NCBI RefSeq assembly: GCF_006345805.1
Contig: NC_043004.1
Location: 49,600,001 to 49,664,000 of the forward strand
DNA from: Octopus sinensis
Lineage: Eukaryota
Direction of reading: 5' to 3'
Length of the DNA: 64,000 bases
The notes beneath the pieces were generated by a model, which did not search any database, was not told where the DNA came from, and saw only the letters and a program-made list of their open reading frames with translations. This document shows positions 12,715-27,199 of the stretch, in pieces (within the stretch, counting starts at the first letter, position 1; every line of letters starts with the position of its first letter). Both the position numbers and the translations under genes were made by a program.

Positions 12715-13641
12715 TTGGTATGTTGAGATAAAGTAGCTTCTTTTTATTTATGTTATATAATGAACTGCTCATGAACCAATGGCAGACAACAAATAATTTC
12801 TCATTTAAGAAGTATATGAGGTGTGTTTAAGATGCATGAATGAAACATACAATGAACGTAGAGGACCATATGTGATATATTCACAAAATTATTGAAATAA
12901 TAAATAAACATTTAGCATTTTGGCTAATGTACGTAGGAGATATGATATTAGTTAATGTATGCAAGAGAAATATTAATTAATAAATGAAAAAAATATGACA
13001 ATGTAATATGAGATGATAATCAAGTAAGTAATGTAATCAGATAATAAATTTTTGATTAAAAAAATGTTTTTAAACGGAATCAAGATTTGCTGTTGGAAGG
13101 CTCCTCTACTACAGAGTGAAGAAAAGAAGAGATAAAATAATCAGATTAGATGGAAAAGCATTGTTCTACACAGGTAAGATGATAAATGAACAAAATATGC
13201 AGAGACATACTGCACTGTATGTAGCAATATCTAACATGCTTATAAAGAAAGAAGGATGTTTAATAGCTGCTACTGACAATATATAAATGTTATAAAATTT
13301 TATCCTATATTACTGTTATTAATTCCTCTACTATTTTCCTTTCTATTCACATATGACCTTCACTCCATTTCATATACTTGCATGTTTTAGAGATTTGTCT
13401 AACAAAGGAGGGTTAAGTCAATCCCTCTGTATTCTAGCTTGGTCAACCAAGAAATTTGGTTTTTTCTATCTTTCTTTTTGGACAGTAATAATATATGAGT
13501 TCCTTGTCTTTAGATCTTGTCATCTTCTCTCAAATTTGTACAATTTATCATTCATGGTTGTATACTTCAATAATTAATACTTCTATTTATCTTAATGTGA
13601 TAAATGAAAAAAATTTCTTAAGTTTTCCAAATCTTAGATAC

Positions 13642-13761
13642 TGAGTTGTAAATCAGTATTTAGTCCTAGTAAGTGTTTGGTGAGTTTGCAGACTGTCCCA
13701 AAGTGGTGATGTTGACATAGATTGACGGCTGTACAGAAAATATAGATAAAGAGTTGTAGTT
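13642..13761 (-). CDS. Candidate exon of the minus-strand gene
   Basis: Strong acceptor ttctctttctgctttctttctatcatctccag|AA, weaker donor CTCA|gtatct. 120 nt, phase 1 to 1, LQLFIYIFCTAVNLCQHHHFGTVCKLTKHLLGLNTDLQL. Confidence 0.5.
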
Positions 13762-14321
13762 CTGGAGATGATAGAAAGAAAGCAGAAAGAGAATCAAATA
13801 GGATTGCTAGATCAATAGTGACTCTCTATATGAAAATATAAGGAAAACATATAACTTATAGTAAATATGAAATTGAAGAGATTAAATTATTTGATCAGTG
13901 TCTTTTTTTCACAAGTCTAGATCCCATATTTAATCAGCATCTAATAAAAATAAACTTTTACTCCAATAAAATAATCTCTTAATAAGAGTCAGAAAGAAAA
14001 TAATAGATAACTTGCCAGTACATGGAGTAGCTAAAATTTTATTTCAAATCACAACTAAGTTTGTTAACTAGTTTTCCATTAATGCTGTAATTCCTTAGCA
14101 AACCAAGTTTACAAGCAGATTTTGATTGACTCTTGAATAAAATTCACTTCATTTATGCTGCAAAGGCTCATCGGAAAGAGAATGAACAACACACAGGACA
14201 AAGTTGCAGAAGTTTTTGAAAATATGTTATTTAATAAGAAAAAAAGTTTTATGACTTATCAGATCAAGAATTCCTTGTGATATCAAATCTGGAATAACAG
14301 AAGGGTTTTCTTCTAGTTCAC

Positions 14322-14394
14322 CCAGTAACCAGGAAAATACATGAGTTAGCTGCTTTAAACATGTCTGATACTGCAATGTTTTCTGGAAAATTCC
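14322..14394 (-). CDS. Candidate exon of the minus-strand gene (3' boundary uncertain: 14322 or 14256)
   Basis: Acceptor tatttattattttcag|GGA. GIFQKTLQYQTCLKQLTHVFSWLL, and the frame stays open through GELEENPSVIPDLISQGILDLI. Both candidate donors (gtgaac, gtcata) are weak but both are phase 1. Confidence 0.45.
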
Positions 14395-15329
14395 CTGAAA
14401 ATAATAAATATGTACTTCTAACATGCATCTGTAATATAAGATATGAAAGCATTATTCATGTTGAGTGAGCAATTGTATCTTCAATATTATTTTTAAAAAA
14501 TGCACATTATTTTTGGTAATGCATGCGCAATGATATACTGTGGCCTCTTTTATACTGTCCCCACCAGAGTGAAGTGTTCATGCCAAGACTACAGTTTATG
14601 CACAACTGCAAACACAAGTAACTTCTCATTTAAATTTCTACTTGGAAAAACACCGCAGGCTCAAATATCTCTACAACTTCATTTGCTAATTGTGTGTGAT
14701 ATAAGCCATTAAAAAATTTTCATTGCTTTTTACTTACATATTTATTATCATTAACTGTGCTTTCTTCTTGCTTCTTTAATACCAATAATATTTTGTTTTA
14801 AACCTGTTTTAGTTATTGACAAATTTTGTGTTGAAAACTTTTTGGTAGTAGGATTCATTTATATTATTACAATTTATGTTCCACTTTCTTTTTATTCAGT
14901 TAATATTCTTCATTTGTTGATTGTTATTTTTTAATATTAAATGTATGTTCTATTAACAACTACTTTGCAATATTTCATATTGAAGCTTTAAATTTTGCAT
15001 TTTTTGCTGGCATTCTTCCAAGAATTAATATTTCATAGCTTTAACAATACTAAGTTTACATTGCTATTAAATATCTACATATTGGCTTGCTTCACTTCAC
15101 TTTCATTTTGTATAACAATGTTTGATTATATGACTGCATGTTATATACAAACAAACAATATACTTCTTTCGTTTGGTTTGCATCAAAAGGGTGACAATGA
15201 TATGAGTTGGGCATAGTTTTTCACTATACATATACAAAGACAGGATAAAAGTATATGATGATAATGAATTTAGTAATAAATACTAACTGCATTAAAAATG
15301 CATCAATGTGTGTGTGCATGTATATATAT

Positions 15330-15378
<49 letters not shown>

Positions 15379-16826
15379 GTAAATTAATTGGCAGCATTTA
15401 AGCAGTAATTTTTCATTACTTTATAAATGCCCATTCTTTCTAACATAATTGCATTTCATCTTATTGCTCTTCTTTATGTTTTCCATTACTGAGGTTTGAG
15501 ATTCATCCATGTTGTATGTCTTGCCAGTATTGTTCTCACATGCATGCCATATGCATACTTATGAATATACACTATAAGAATATATGTTACAATGATATCG
15601 AATCAATGCAAAACATGCTATCTTAAAGACAGCATGTTCACACTAGTATGTTTTATATAAATATCAAGGCTTTTCTGTCTGTCTCTCATTTAGGCACTGG
15701 TAACTCGATCATGACAGAATTCCATCTCAATGTATCATAGTTGGCTGAAATCATAAACTAAAGATGTATGGTTCTCAAGTAATTGACAGATGCTGGTAAC
15801 TGATGGCATACAAAGACCCTGAAGTTGACTCATCAATTTACACAAAGTAAAGTTATAAGCAACAGCTATTATTTGTAGAAGTTCACAAACACTGAATGAC
15901 AAAAATAGAACTGATAGTCATTAAATGCCTATTTTCTCTGGAATGACAAACCAAGAACATGCATTGATATCAAATGAAATGAAAACCAGCTCAATGTGAA
16001 ACTTGTAAAGGGAAATATACTATACATTGGTTTTGAGAGCATAAGTTCTGGAATATTCTCAAAAGCAACACCATGAACATTTGTTTGTATTATGAAATAA
16101 CTGTAAATACGTCTCTAAAGGCCCTGGAGAAAGTAAATAGGCAAAAGATAACCTCTCTCTTTTAGATAGGTAACATTTTCAGATGTAGAACATTGTGGAA
16201 TTTATTAATTTTATGAGAAAGCCTCTATGGAGTCGCTCAATTTGTTAGCAGATAGATTGTTCTCAAATTACAACCATCTATCTTAAAAAAATGATATATC
16301 AGTTCACTTCAATATAAATAAGAGCAGGTGTTACAATTAGAGTGTCTTAGATGATATATCTGTACCCAATCAAGGCTGATATGATATACCTATTCCTCGC
16401 AGCTAGGTGATCTGTAGCATGTCATATTAGTTGACTTGCCCTGATACTATTAATACAAACATAATACAAAGAAATATTCATATTCTCATGTTGATGCTTT
16501 TGAGAATATTCCAGAACTGGTGGGAATACAAAAACAAGTTTACACTTCTCTGCATTATTGACTGGGCATTTTCAAAGTTGATCTCAAGATGTTGACCCCA
16601 CAGATGAAATGACATGATCAAGAAGAATACTCTGTTTACACTTTTACCGATTTCTACTATTGGACTGAAGAATGCTGAGGCACCATCTTCAAAGGTTTTA
16701 GTCCATCATATTTTGTTTTTGTACTTATTACACTAAACTCTATTTATTGAATGGGTAAGTTTAACTAACAGGTAAAAAAAATGAAAGCAATGTAAGAGTT
16801 TTACTTATACTCATCCTTCATGTGTA

Positions 16827-18570
16827 TCATCATCATCTAATATTTGCTTTCCATACTGGCATGGGTTAGATGGTTTAACTGGAACTAGTAAGCTGGAGAG
16901 CTGCACAAGGTTTCAGTGTGGTTTGGCATGGTTTCTACAGCTGGATGCCCTTTCTAACACCAACCACTTGAAGAGTATAATGGGTGGTTTTTACATGCAC
17001 CAGCAATGGCCACAACTAGAATTTCATGGGTGCCATTTATACGATACTGGCAATAGCCATGACTACAGTTTCACTTGGTTTGATGAGTCTTCTCAAGCAC
17101 AGCATATTGTCACTTGTCATCGTCTCTGTGAGGGCCACCATTTGAAGATCATGCTACAAGCAATGGTCATGATTACAATTTCACAGGCGCCATTTACACG
17201 ACACCAGCATTAGCCACAACTAGGATTTCACTTAGCTTGAGTTTTTTCAAGCACAGCATATCACCAAATGTCGCAGTCATTCATCATCGCCTCCATTAGG
17301 CCCAACATTCAAAGATCATGCTTGACCACCTCATCTTACATCTTCTTGGGTCTACCTCTTCCACAGGTTCCCTCCACAGTTAAAGATCAGCACTTCTTTG
17401 CACAGCTGTTCTCATCCATATGCATCACATGACCATACCAGCACATTCGTCTCACTTGCACATCACATCTGATGCCTCTTATGTCCAGTTTTTTTCTCAA
17501 GACACGCTCTGTTGCTTATGCACACTGACATTGCACATCCAGCAAAGCATACTAGCTTCATTTCTTTCACAGCCCACATTTCACTGCCATGGAGCATGGC
17601 TGTTCACACACAGGCAACATACAACCTGCCTTTTATTCTGAGAGAGAGGCCCTTTGTTACTAACAAACGTAGAAACTCTCTGAACTTTGCTCAGCCTATT
17701 CTTATTCTGGCAGCCACAGTCTTGGAGCATCAATCTCCACTGCTGACTTGGTCACCTAGATAATGAAAGCTATCAACTACTTATAGGTATCCCCTCTGGC
17801 ATTTGATGGAGTCTATTTTCTTTACATTTCTAGTGTTTATTGTACCTGTGCATCTGCCACACAAAGACAATTTTTCTTGTTAGCCTTCCTCCAATATTGT
17901 TGCACCTCTTATGTGTCCATAACTTGTACCAAGTACAGCTTATGGAGTTTCTACCTATAGTTTTTCTACATACTGAGCAGGGTTATCTACCTGAAAGGAT
18001 TTGTGACTTATTCGCTTTCCTACTTACTAAGACTTTGGTTTGTGTTAAATACACACCAAGGCCCTTTGATTCTAGATCTTGCTTCCACATCTGGAATTTC
18101 TTCTCTAGTTCTGCTAGTGAATCAGCTATAAGAACAAGGTCATCAGCATAGAGGAGCTCCCAGGGGCAGCCCAACTTAAATTCCTCCATTATTACATGAA
18201 GGACTATGATGAACAAGAGGAGGCTGAGGACTGATCCTAGGTAAACCTCTTCTTGTACCCTGAATTCATTGCTATACTCATTGCTGACCCTCACCTTACT
18301 TACAGCATCCCTGTACATGGTTTGTACAGCTCTCACCAACCACTCATCTATCCCTAGTTTCCACATTGACCACCAGATAAGGGAGCAGGGGACTCTGTCA
18401 AAGGCTTTCTCCACATCAACAAAAGCCAAGTGCAGGGGCTTATGTTTGGCTTGGTACTTCTCCTGTAGCTGCATTACCAGGAATATAGCATCAGTGGTGC
18501 TTCTCGCTGGCACAAAACCAAACTCTCTTCCTAATTAGTTGGGCTATGAACCTCTCTGTGACTTCCATTA
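16827..18570 (-). mobile_element. 5'-truncated RTE-clade LINE (RT domain, C-terminus, 3' UTR, (GAT)n tail)
   Basis: STTDAIFLVMQLQEKY...LAFVDVEKAFDRVP...WELLYADDLVLIA. Stops and frameshifts downstream; 3' UTR ends in catcatcat at about 16828. Confidence 0.9.
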
Positions 18571-18941
18571 CCGGATATACACACACATGTCAGAGAGAAA
18601 GAAAGAGAGAGAGAGAGAGAGAGAGATAGAGGGAGAGAGTTTGTCTACCAAGTAGCAGCCAACAAAAACCCACACAAACAGATATTGGTAGTTGATGGTT
18701 ATGCTTGTGCTTATGGTCATATACTGTACTGTAGACGCATCCAACCAACGTCAGTATGGAGTAAAAGAACATTAAAATTTTGATGATGATATAAGCACTA
18801 TATACACGATAAACTCATTACATTACCATGATACATCCAATAGTATCACAGGGACAAAGATTCAGCTATTGACTGATTGGAGGTGGGGGAACAAAACACT
18901 GGTTGCATGAAAAATTCTACAAAATGTATAACAGTCTTTAC

Positions 18942-19050
18942 CTGATTAAAACTTTCTAAAAAGTCATTGATGTCATACTCTGAAGATTTAAAACTCATTA
19001 TATTCTGAGAGTTGAAGACAAGGTCTGCTGACTCCTCCATTGCTGCTGTG
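18942..19050 (-). CDS. Candidate first coding exon of the minus-strand gene
   Basis: Acceptor tttttctttttcttccttttccag|C, Kozak-like GCAATGG, donor CAG|gtaaag. (TAA)MEESADLVFNSQNIMSFKSSEYDINDFLESFNQ, ends in phase 0. Confidence 0.55.
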
Positions 19051-20129
19051 CTGGAAAAGGAAGAAAAAGAAAAATGATTTGCAAAGTTTAACATCATAAT
19101 CAGCTATCTGTTAGGTAAGTTTCCAGTTATCTGGTACTGTCTCCAAAGGATGGCTATTGTTAAAACCACTCTTATCAGTTATCACTGCTGAATAGCCTAA
19201 GTAAGTTTATTGACAAATGATTTGTTTTCATCTAGATTCAAGACCATATTTTGTATTGAGATTGGTAAAGACACAGAAATGATTAAATCACACTGACTAT
19301 TTTACTGGTTGTCATAAGAAAAGTTCACTCATTGATTAAAAAAAAAAAAATGAAAATTTTGTCAAGACATCTATCAGCTAAACATCTATTTATTGCTTCG
19401 GGTGGGTTCCTTAGATCAAAACCACACCTTCTCTGCAAGTGTTCCTGTCTTCCATGACATTTCTGAGGCTTACTATTTGTAAGTTGACATTGCAAGAGAT
19501 TTGATCAAAGTACATCATTCTGGGTCATCTAACATGAGAATTCACATGGCTTGGGATTTACAGAAGGAGCTTATTCACTAATTCATCATTGCTTCGATAG
19601 CAGTGAGTAGTATATCTTGTCTTCTGCTCTTGGATGATCAATGATATATTGGAGATATTTCCATAGAACTCATCTTTCGTTGGAAACCATGATTTGCTAA
19701 ACGTATTCAATTTGATCTATTATACATTTTGTAAAAGCCAGTTGTTGATTGGTTAAATGTTCATATAACTCACTCAAATGTTGTTGCTTTAATTATTTTT
19801 ATAGATAACATCATGCAATTTGATTTCTTTTTCAACAAAAATAAGCTACTCACTATTGCTAAACTAATCTTGAAAATAAACTATTATATATATATATTTA
19901 AATTATATATTATTTGTCCGAGCATTTTACAGATATGCTGAACTTGAAAATGATTGGGGGATACTTGAAATAGCATTAACATTCTTGAAATTAGTTGGCT
20001 TGATTTTAAATAATCAGTGATAAATTAATAATCATATAGTTGATGAAACTGCATAAAATGAAGCAGCCAAAGCTCAGAGATTTATTTTGAGCCTAAATGA
20101 ATAACTAGCACTTACCTAAAAATGTACTG

Positions 20130-20176
<47 letters not shown>

Positions 20177-21237
20177 ACTCTTTTGCTGATTAGAGTTTGT
20201 GTGAAAAATTAAATCATCAAAGTTTAAAATTTAGCTGATACAATAAAAAGAATTTTACTTTTAGAATCACTTTGTTTAATCACATCACATCAATTTATGA
20301 TTTTATAGTTTTACCTCATAAGTTATTCATTCTAAATCTATTCACAATACTACCTAACTTACAGTTAAAGATTTGGTGTGACTGTATCTTGCGTTGACTG
20401 CATTCTAAATCAGGATAAATAATAGTGCTTCAAAGTAAATAAAAAAAATCCAGCTACTTTAACAAACCCGGTGAATGTAAGAAGAAAAGCTATAGTAGAG
20501 AGAAAGGTGGGGGAGAGAAAAAAGTAGGGCTAAAAAAAGGCTATCACAAAGAATATCTATCAACTTATTTAATATGATAGCATGAGGAAAGGGGTAGATG
20601 ACAAGTGGGATGAGTCAAGGCCAGGTTTATTTAGACATACTGGAAAGTAGACTGGAGAAAGGTTTTTAACTTCTATGAAAGTCATTGTAAAGAAAGTATA
20701 TATTTCAATTGTTTTTAAACTTAGAAGAGAAAAAGATAAATTAGGAGTGCTTTGTAGTCCATTTTCAAACTTGGGTCCTTTTGAATGTCTTCATTGCAAT
20801 TCTTACTTATGTACGAGAGAGGGTAGATATATGAAAATACCTTGATTGCCGAAGCAAATGATAAGAAATATATCAAACTTTTGACAAATATAAAAAAAAA
20901 ATTGTTTTTATTAGTTTATTTTTAGACTTATATTTAATTATATGATTACTAGTAAAGGCTTTTAAAATCTCCAAGTTGTATGAACTTGAGAAAGATATAA
21001 ATTTTATGGAATGCATCTTTTAGAAGACTAAGAGTATATGGTCTATACTAAAGAGCAGCAGACTGAACATTTCTGAACTAAGTCTGTAATGGGAAGATCA
21101 AGTTTCCTTGTAACATATAATTATCTTCACTTATAGCCACAATCTAGGCATTGAGTGGGCGGGTAATTCTTAACTGGTAAAATGCACAATAACCAATTGA
21201 AGTGAAATGGATGAAAACTGGCTCTGAGGATCCTTAC

Positions 21238-21341
21238 AACGGCAGCTGGTGGCCTAACATACTGTGCGCTGGATATCTGGTAGTTCAGTTTTGACACGAT
21301 AAGCTGGTCACAGGGGGTAAACAGAGAAACAATTTAAGGCC
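21238..21341 (-). other. Candidate 5' UTR exon of the minus-strand gene
   Basis: Acceptor ttgtttctgttagttttgtttag|, donor GTT|gtaagg. Stops in all frames; spliced to 19050 it gives an in-frame upstream TGA then MLGHQLPFTAAMEES. Confidence 0.35.
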
Positions 21342-23646
21342 CTAAACAAAACTAACAGAAACAAAGAGAAAGTATGAGAGGGAGGGAAAATTACAGCTTG
21401 ACAAATAACTTGGACAACTACTTACTCAAAGACTTAGTATAATAGAAAAATTTATCATGCATGATCTAACAACAAATCGAAATGAATCAGATATAACTCC
21501 AGTGCACAGAAATCAAGATTCAGTTATGAAACCTTCTCACCGGATGACTTGAGCCATTTGAGAGTTATAGTAAAAAAAAAAAAAATCAAGTAAATATCAG
21601 AAAAAATGTCATTTTTTTGTAAAGCATCTGAAAATACAGTCACTTATTTACTAAAAGTGGTTGAATAATATGTAAGATCATAATCTTCTAGAATTATATC
21701 TAATCATGTAGTATATTGATAAACAAGGAAAGTATTTTCAAAGATATTCTTGTTCTAACAGAAAATTTCATATTCTGTTTTTAGTTGAAAGTGCTTCCTC
21801 TGTGGAATTAGTTTAGCATGTATTGATAAAATAATCTGTTTACTGAAAATGACGAACATTTGTAACATTAAAACATCTTATTGAAAATAATAAATAAAAT
21901 AGCTTTGAAAACCAAGATTTTTTTTCTTTATAATTCTCACTGGGGATATGAGTTTAGTTTTGAGACAGCTACGAAATTATATGTATAGCAATTCAGATAT
22001 TCAATAAGATTTGAATAAAGGATAAAATAAAATATGAAAAAAAAAAGAGTTAAAATTTCAAGTAACTACTAAATACACTTGAATAAACTAAACATTTAAT
22101 GTGGATAATGACTCGTCTACTCAGTTTTGCAAATTTTTTCTCTTTATTGAAATATTTCTCCTTAGTTATAAACTTTATTGTGTGATAGTATGTTGCAATA
22201 TTTCAGATGGTAAGGAAATAAAAGTAGTTTTTTCATATCAAATATTATAATCTTTAAATTGTATGAAATATTTATCAAAATGCTCTGTTATTACAGACAT
22301 GTCATATAAATAATATTTACATCCTTTGCTGAGATTTTTTTTTGTCTGGATAGCAAGATATTCCTTAATTGTAATTCATTAGTAGAACATCTCATAAGTT
22401 AAACGGTAAGCTAAAGTTCTATGCTTGGAACTTTTACGTTTTGAATTCTGAATGTGTTTATTGCCATTTTAACGTTAAGAAACCATTGTTTTACTGAAAT
22501 ATTATTAAGCAAAGTCAAGTTTACAGTTAAGATTCAAATTTAGGAGTAATAGTTCAAATCACAAATTTTTATGAAGAGCCTTCTAATATTACTGATGTGA
22601 ACGTTTAGTTAGTGATATATATGAAATGAAATATTACTTAAGCTTTGGCTAGGTACTTTAAAATTTCAGATAATTTTATTTTCACTTACTTTAGTTATGT
22701 TTAAGTAACAATGTTAATCCATTAAATTGTTGAAAGGCAATAACTTTAAAGTAAACTTGTTAATTAAATGCTGAAATTGTTCTAGAGTTCCTTTAACTTC
22801 ATAAATTCTGATGTTCTATAATGAGTAAAATTGCTGAAAAGACCAATCCTTAAAGTCATTTAAGATATTGCTATAAGATTTAGATTAAATCCTTAGAGCG
22901 ATCCTTTTCAAAATTTGATCATGTTCCAAAAATATAGATATAGTCGATATCATTAAGAGATGGTTAAGAACTAGAGTCCTCCAGTGAATAGCAAAGTAAA
23001 CTAGACATTACAATAAATTATGAATCATCAATTTTAGAGTAGAAGGGAGATAACTATAAAATAGTTCTCTGATTTAGCTCCCTTAAACAGAATTCTTGCC
23101 CCACGAAGCTAATTTTGAAATGTTATAAAAGAAAAAAAGCTACAACACTATTTTTAAATAGCTTACCTCCAGAACAGATAGTTAGAATTTAATGTTGGAA
23201 AATGATGAGTTACCAATAATCAATTCAAGAAATTTTGCTAATCATACGATGTTTAATTAAGTTTAAACAGTCAGTCATCTTGGACTAAATTTTAATATGG
23301 TATCTGCACAATCAAATCAAAAATTACTTTGAACTGGCAGGATTATATACAAGTTTATTATTCCTCAGATAGTATTCTTTCAAAAGACAAATGACAACGC
23401 ATATACAACACTTGAGAAAGTTTACTCTCATTCGATTATTTAGAAATGAAATTCTTACATTTTATTATGAATGAAAATGGTTCCAATTATGTCATAATGA
23501 AAGAAATACAGAAGAGCATTCAACACATGTAAGATACAAAACACAAAGGCTACACCACACATATCAACAAATGCCTTCCTCATCTTGAATCATAACCTCA
23601 TATACATATTTTCTGGATGCTATAAATTTATTCATGCAAATATCAT

Positions 23647-23711
<65 letters not shown>

Positions 23712-24699
23712 CATATACACACATATCTATATATGAGAGAGAGAGACACACACAGAGACATATATATATAGACCAGGTATTGATTACAGATTGTTAAAGA
23801 TACTGCTACATAGATAATGAATATTCTCTACTAAAATGTAGGATAAAATTCCATAAAATGAAAGATTTATAAACTAGATTTAAACTAGATATTTGATAGT
23901 TTAATCCAATAGCTAAAGTGAAAACAGTAATGAATACTGAATTTATTAAATGCTTAACTTTTTCAATACTTTTTACTTGTTTTGTCAAGGTGAATCTAAT
24001 ATCTTTACTGAAACTAACTGCTCAGTATCTTAAAAAACTGGGAGATAAAAATAAAGTAACTAAAGTTATTTTAATTAATTTAAGAACCAAATTAACTTAT
24101 AAATTTTCCTGTTAGTTTACATAAACAATTAATCTAGGACAATTAGCTAAGTTAAAAGAAAAAAATATATGCAACTAGACAAAATGTTTGTAATTTGATT
24201 ATATTTAGCAGAAAAACTTTGAAAATAAATACTTTCTAAAAATCCTGCTTATTATAGGTAAAAAGACTTATATTTTCTAATAACTAGAATAGATTCACAG
24301 CTTTAAAATTTGAATATAATTACTACAGAAAATTAAAAGAAAAGGAGTTAAACTTATAGTACTCTAAACAGATACAATGGAAAGCAGAGATCGAAAATAT
24401 GGTTTTACAAAAATGAAAACTTAGATATGATCTGGTTTATAAGTTTCAACAAATAATTGAACCAAAGAAAATTAACAAAGGAACAATTATAAAGTAAATT
24501 CATAACAATAAACTATTTTATTATATAAAGAATTATATAATGAAATCACCAAAATTGTCAATAAATGTGTGCAAGTGTGCATGTGCATGTATGTATGGTA
24601 GGAAAACTGCAGCTCAAACTTAGTCAAGTATTTAATATGCAAATAAGAACTTGACATTCTTCATATCTAAACAGTTTATGATTGGAATTTAGCAAACAC

Positions 24700-25900
24700 T
24701 GCACAACAGCTGCACATCTTAGCAGAACCTGATAAAATATCAACAATAATGCAGCCAATTTTTTTTTTGAAAAGTGAAAGAAAATATAATTTACTTAGAA
24801 TAGAATTAAGAGGGTTAAACTATAGTGCAGACAGTGTCAAAAAAGTGAAGAGTGTTTTTTCAGAATTAAAACCTATAGACACATGCTGGTCTATTTGTAG
24901 TGAAGGACATGCATGCTATATTAATAATTCTTTTGTGTCTGCACTTGCAGTTCCCATCTTGTTAAGATTGTTACAATTAATCAGTGGCGAGCACTCAAAC
25001 GATTCTGAGAAGGATCTGTACAAGAGCTATGACAATAGTAGCTAGTAACACTTTATTCCAGTAGAGCTAGAGAAAGTAAATAGCTTACTCTTTCTTGGCT
25101 AACAGAACTGGCAGTTTAATTGGGCTTAATAAGGAAACGTAGCATTTGTTCAAGTTGGTTACACAAGACTAAACAGTAGATTCTTGCATGACCCATTCGA
25201 AGGGCCAAGTGAAACCTTTTTCGAAAGCCTGAATGGTTATAGATGCATATTATTCTTGCAGCTGCTTTAAGCAGCAGTTGCAGCTGCAGAATACATTAAA
25301 AGCAATGCCTTAGAGCTACATCATCACGGTAGATTACAGCATCAAAATCTACCCACCTGAATTTCAATTCTAAGTAGAGATGAATCAAACACAGCTTTTA
25401 AATTATATAAAAAAGAAAAAGAAAGGGAAAAAATTGAAAAAGAAAAGTGTTTTTGTCAATTTTTTGAGAAGTGAGGTCAAAACAATATGAATGAGAAAAA
25501 TGGTAAAAACACTGATAAAAAAATATTTGGATATGCAGGAGAGTAGGGAAAGAAATGAAGAGGTAAGAGAGGAAAGACTGGAGGACGATAAGTGTGTAGG
25601 GGGTATTATCAGACAACAACAGCAAGTGTTGATCGTTGTTTGATTCTTGTTGTGAGTGAATGAAATGATGACAGTCAATAAGAGACGAGAAGATCCACAT
25701 CCTGATTGGTGGTGACTCTCAATGCATTAAACACTGATTGTTAACTTACATCTGATATGCAAATTCAGGAATGGATAAAACTGGTTGAAGGGTGGGGAAA
25801 GGCCCACTCATAGAGCTCTCGATACATTCAGCCATTAACAATCTTAAACAAAACAGCAGTTAGAAAGAAGTGCCAGGTTGTGAAAATTGGCAAAAAGAGT
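24700..25900 (+). mobile_element. Highly decayed non-LTR retrotransposon relic, possibly L1/Tx1-like
   Basis: Only weak resemblance (VSALAVPILLRLLQ; a GKGPLIELS-like segment); many stops. Confidence 0.25.
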
Positions 25901-26726
25901 TGAGACAACTTGAATGGCTTTATATCGTACCAGTCCATCATTAGGCTATTGTTGAAGAATAGGAAATATATCTAGAGTATTTGATAAAAGAAACTGTGTT
26001 TAGCTCATTGTTTCTCTAATGATATGTCTCAATTGCTTGTCTATCTTATAGAATATAAAAATATAAAAGTAAAGAAAAGTTGTAAACAACATTTGCTTGT
26101 TGGATATGATGGAGGCAATTTTACAAGTAGAATTTTGAGGGGAATGACCGGAGGCTTTTATAAACGTCAGCTGTAAGCCCCCACAGTAAAAAGCAGCTAC
26201 TTATCACTGTAAAGAAAAATAATTGCAGGAAATTACTGTCATTGTTATCATAATAATAATAATTTGTCATATTATTATGTAAGAAAGTTGATATATAATA
26301 AAGTGATAATACGAACAAAACTTTGATGAAAAAATATCTTTCATAAGACAACACTGTTTTTTTTTTTTTTTTTTAATTGAGCAAAACAACTCAATATTAC
26401 TATTTTGAAAATATACAAATGGCTGCTGTTGTTTACCTCCAGTGCAACTTTGATTGTATAGACTATTGATCAAAGACATTCCATCCATGACCATCATACC
26501 TTTTTCCAATGTGTAGAGAACCTTGGATCACATTACCCAACATATACTTTTTTAAAAACATAAGACAAACACAGAAAAATCAAATACCATACCGCATAAA
26601 TTCTCAATTTATCAAATTGACTCCACCTCAAGAAGTGTCATAATTACCAAATGGCAATTAAGACCAATTCCAAATGAGAAGTGGGTAAAATTTTTCAATT
26701 CAAGAATTACCCAAAGTTGATATACC

Positions 26727-26936
26727 TATTTCTTTACTACCCACAAGGGGCTAAACACAGACGGAACAAATAAGGACAGACAAACGGATTAAGTCAACTG
26801 GTACTTATTTAATCGACCTCGAAAGGATAAAAGGCAAAGTTGACCTCGGCGGAATTTGAACTCAGAACATAGCGGCAGACAAAATACTGCTAAGCATTTC
26901 GTCCAGTGTGCTAACATTTCTGCCAGCTCACTGCCT
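26727..26936 (-). mobile_element. tRNA-derived SINE with a 17-bp target-site duplication
   Basis: Minus strand aggcagtgagctggcagaaatgttagcac...ttctgagttcaaattccgccgaggtcaac (A/B-box-like head). CCCAAAGTTGATATACC at 26710-26726 and 26938-26954. Confidence 0.9.
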
Positions 26937-27199
26937 CCCCAAAGTTGATATACCATTAAGGAAAGGAACTGCCTTATTGTATGGACATCTTCTTTTCTGG
27001 CTCAATAGCTGTCATTAGTATGACAATTCTCTGAATTATTTCCTGTAGCCAAGGGACTTAAATTAATACAGATGAAACAAGAGTAGAATACATTTATGAT
27101 CCAAGTAATTTGCATAATTTAAACAAAAATGAGCTGAGAGAAATAACTCAGAGAAGCCAGTGGAAAGTATTTATACAACATAGACAAATACAGGTATAT

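Noticed and set aside
13074-13286. Plus-strand frame TESRFAVGRLLYYRVKK...DNI with a donor at ACAG|gtaaga
   Set aside because: No acceptor or start upstream and no recognisable motif; the purine run is better explained as the minus-strand pyrimidine tract.
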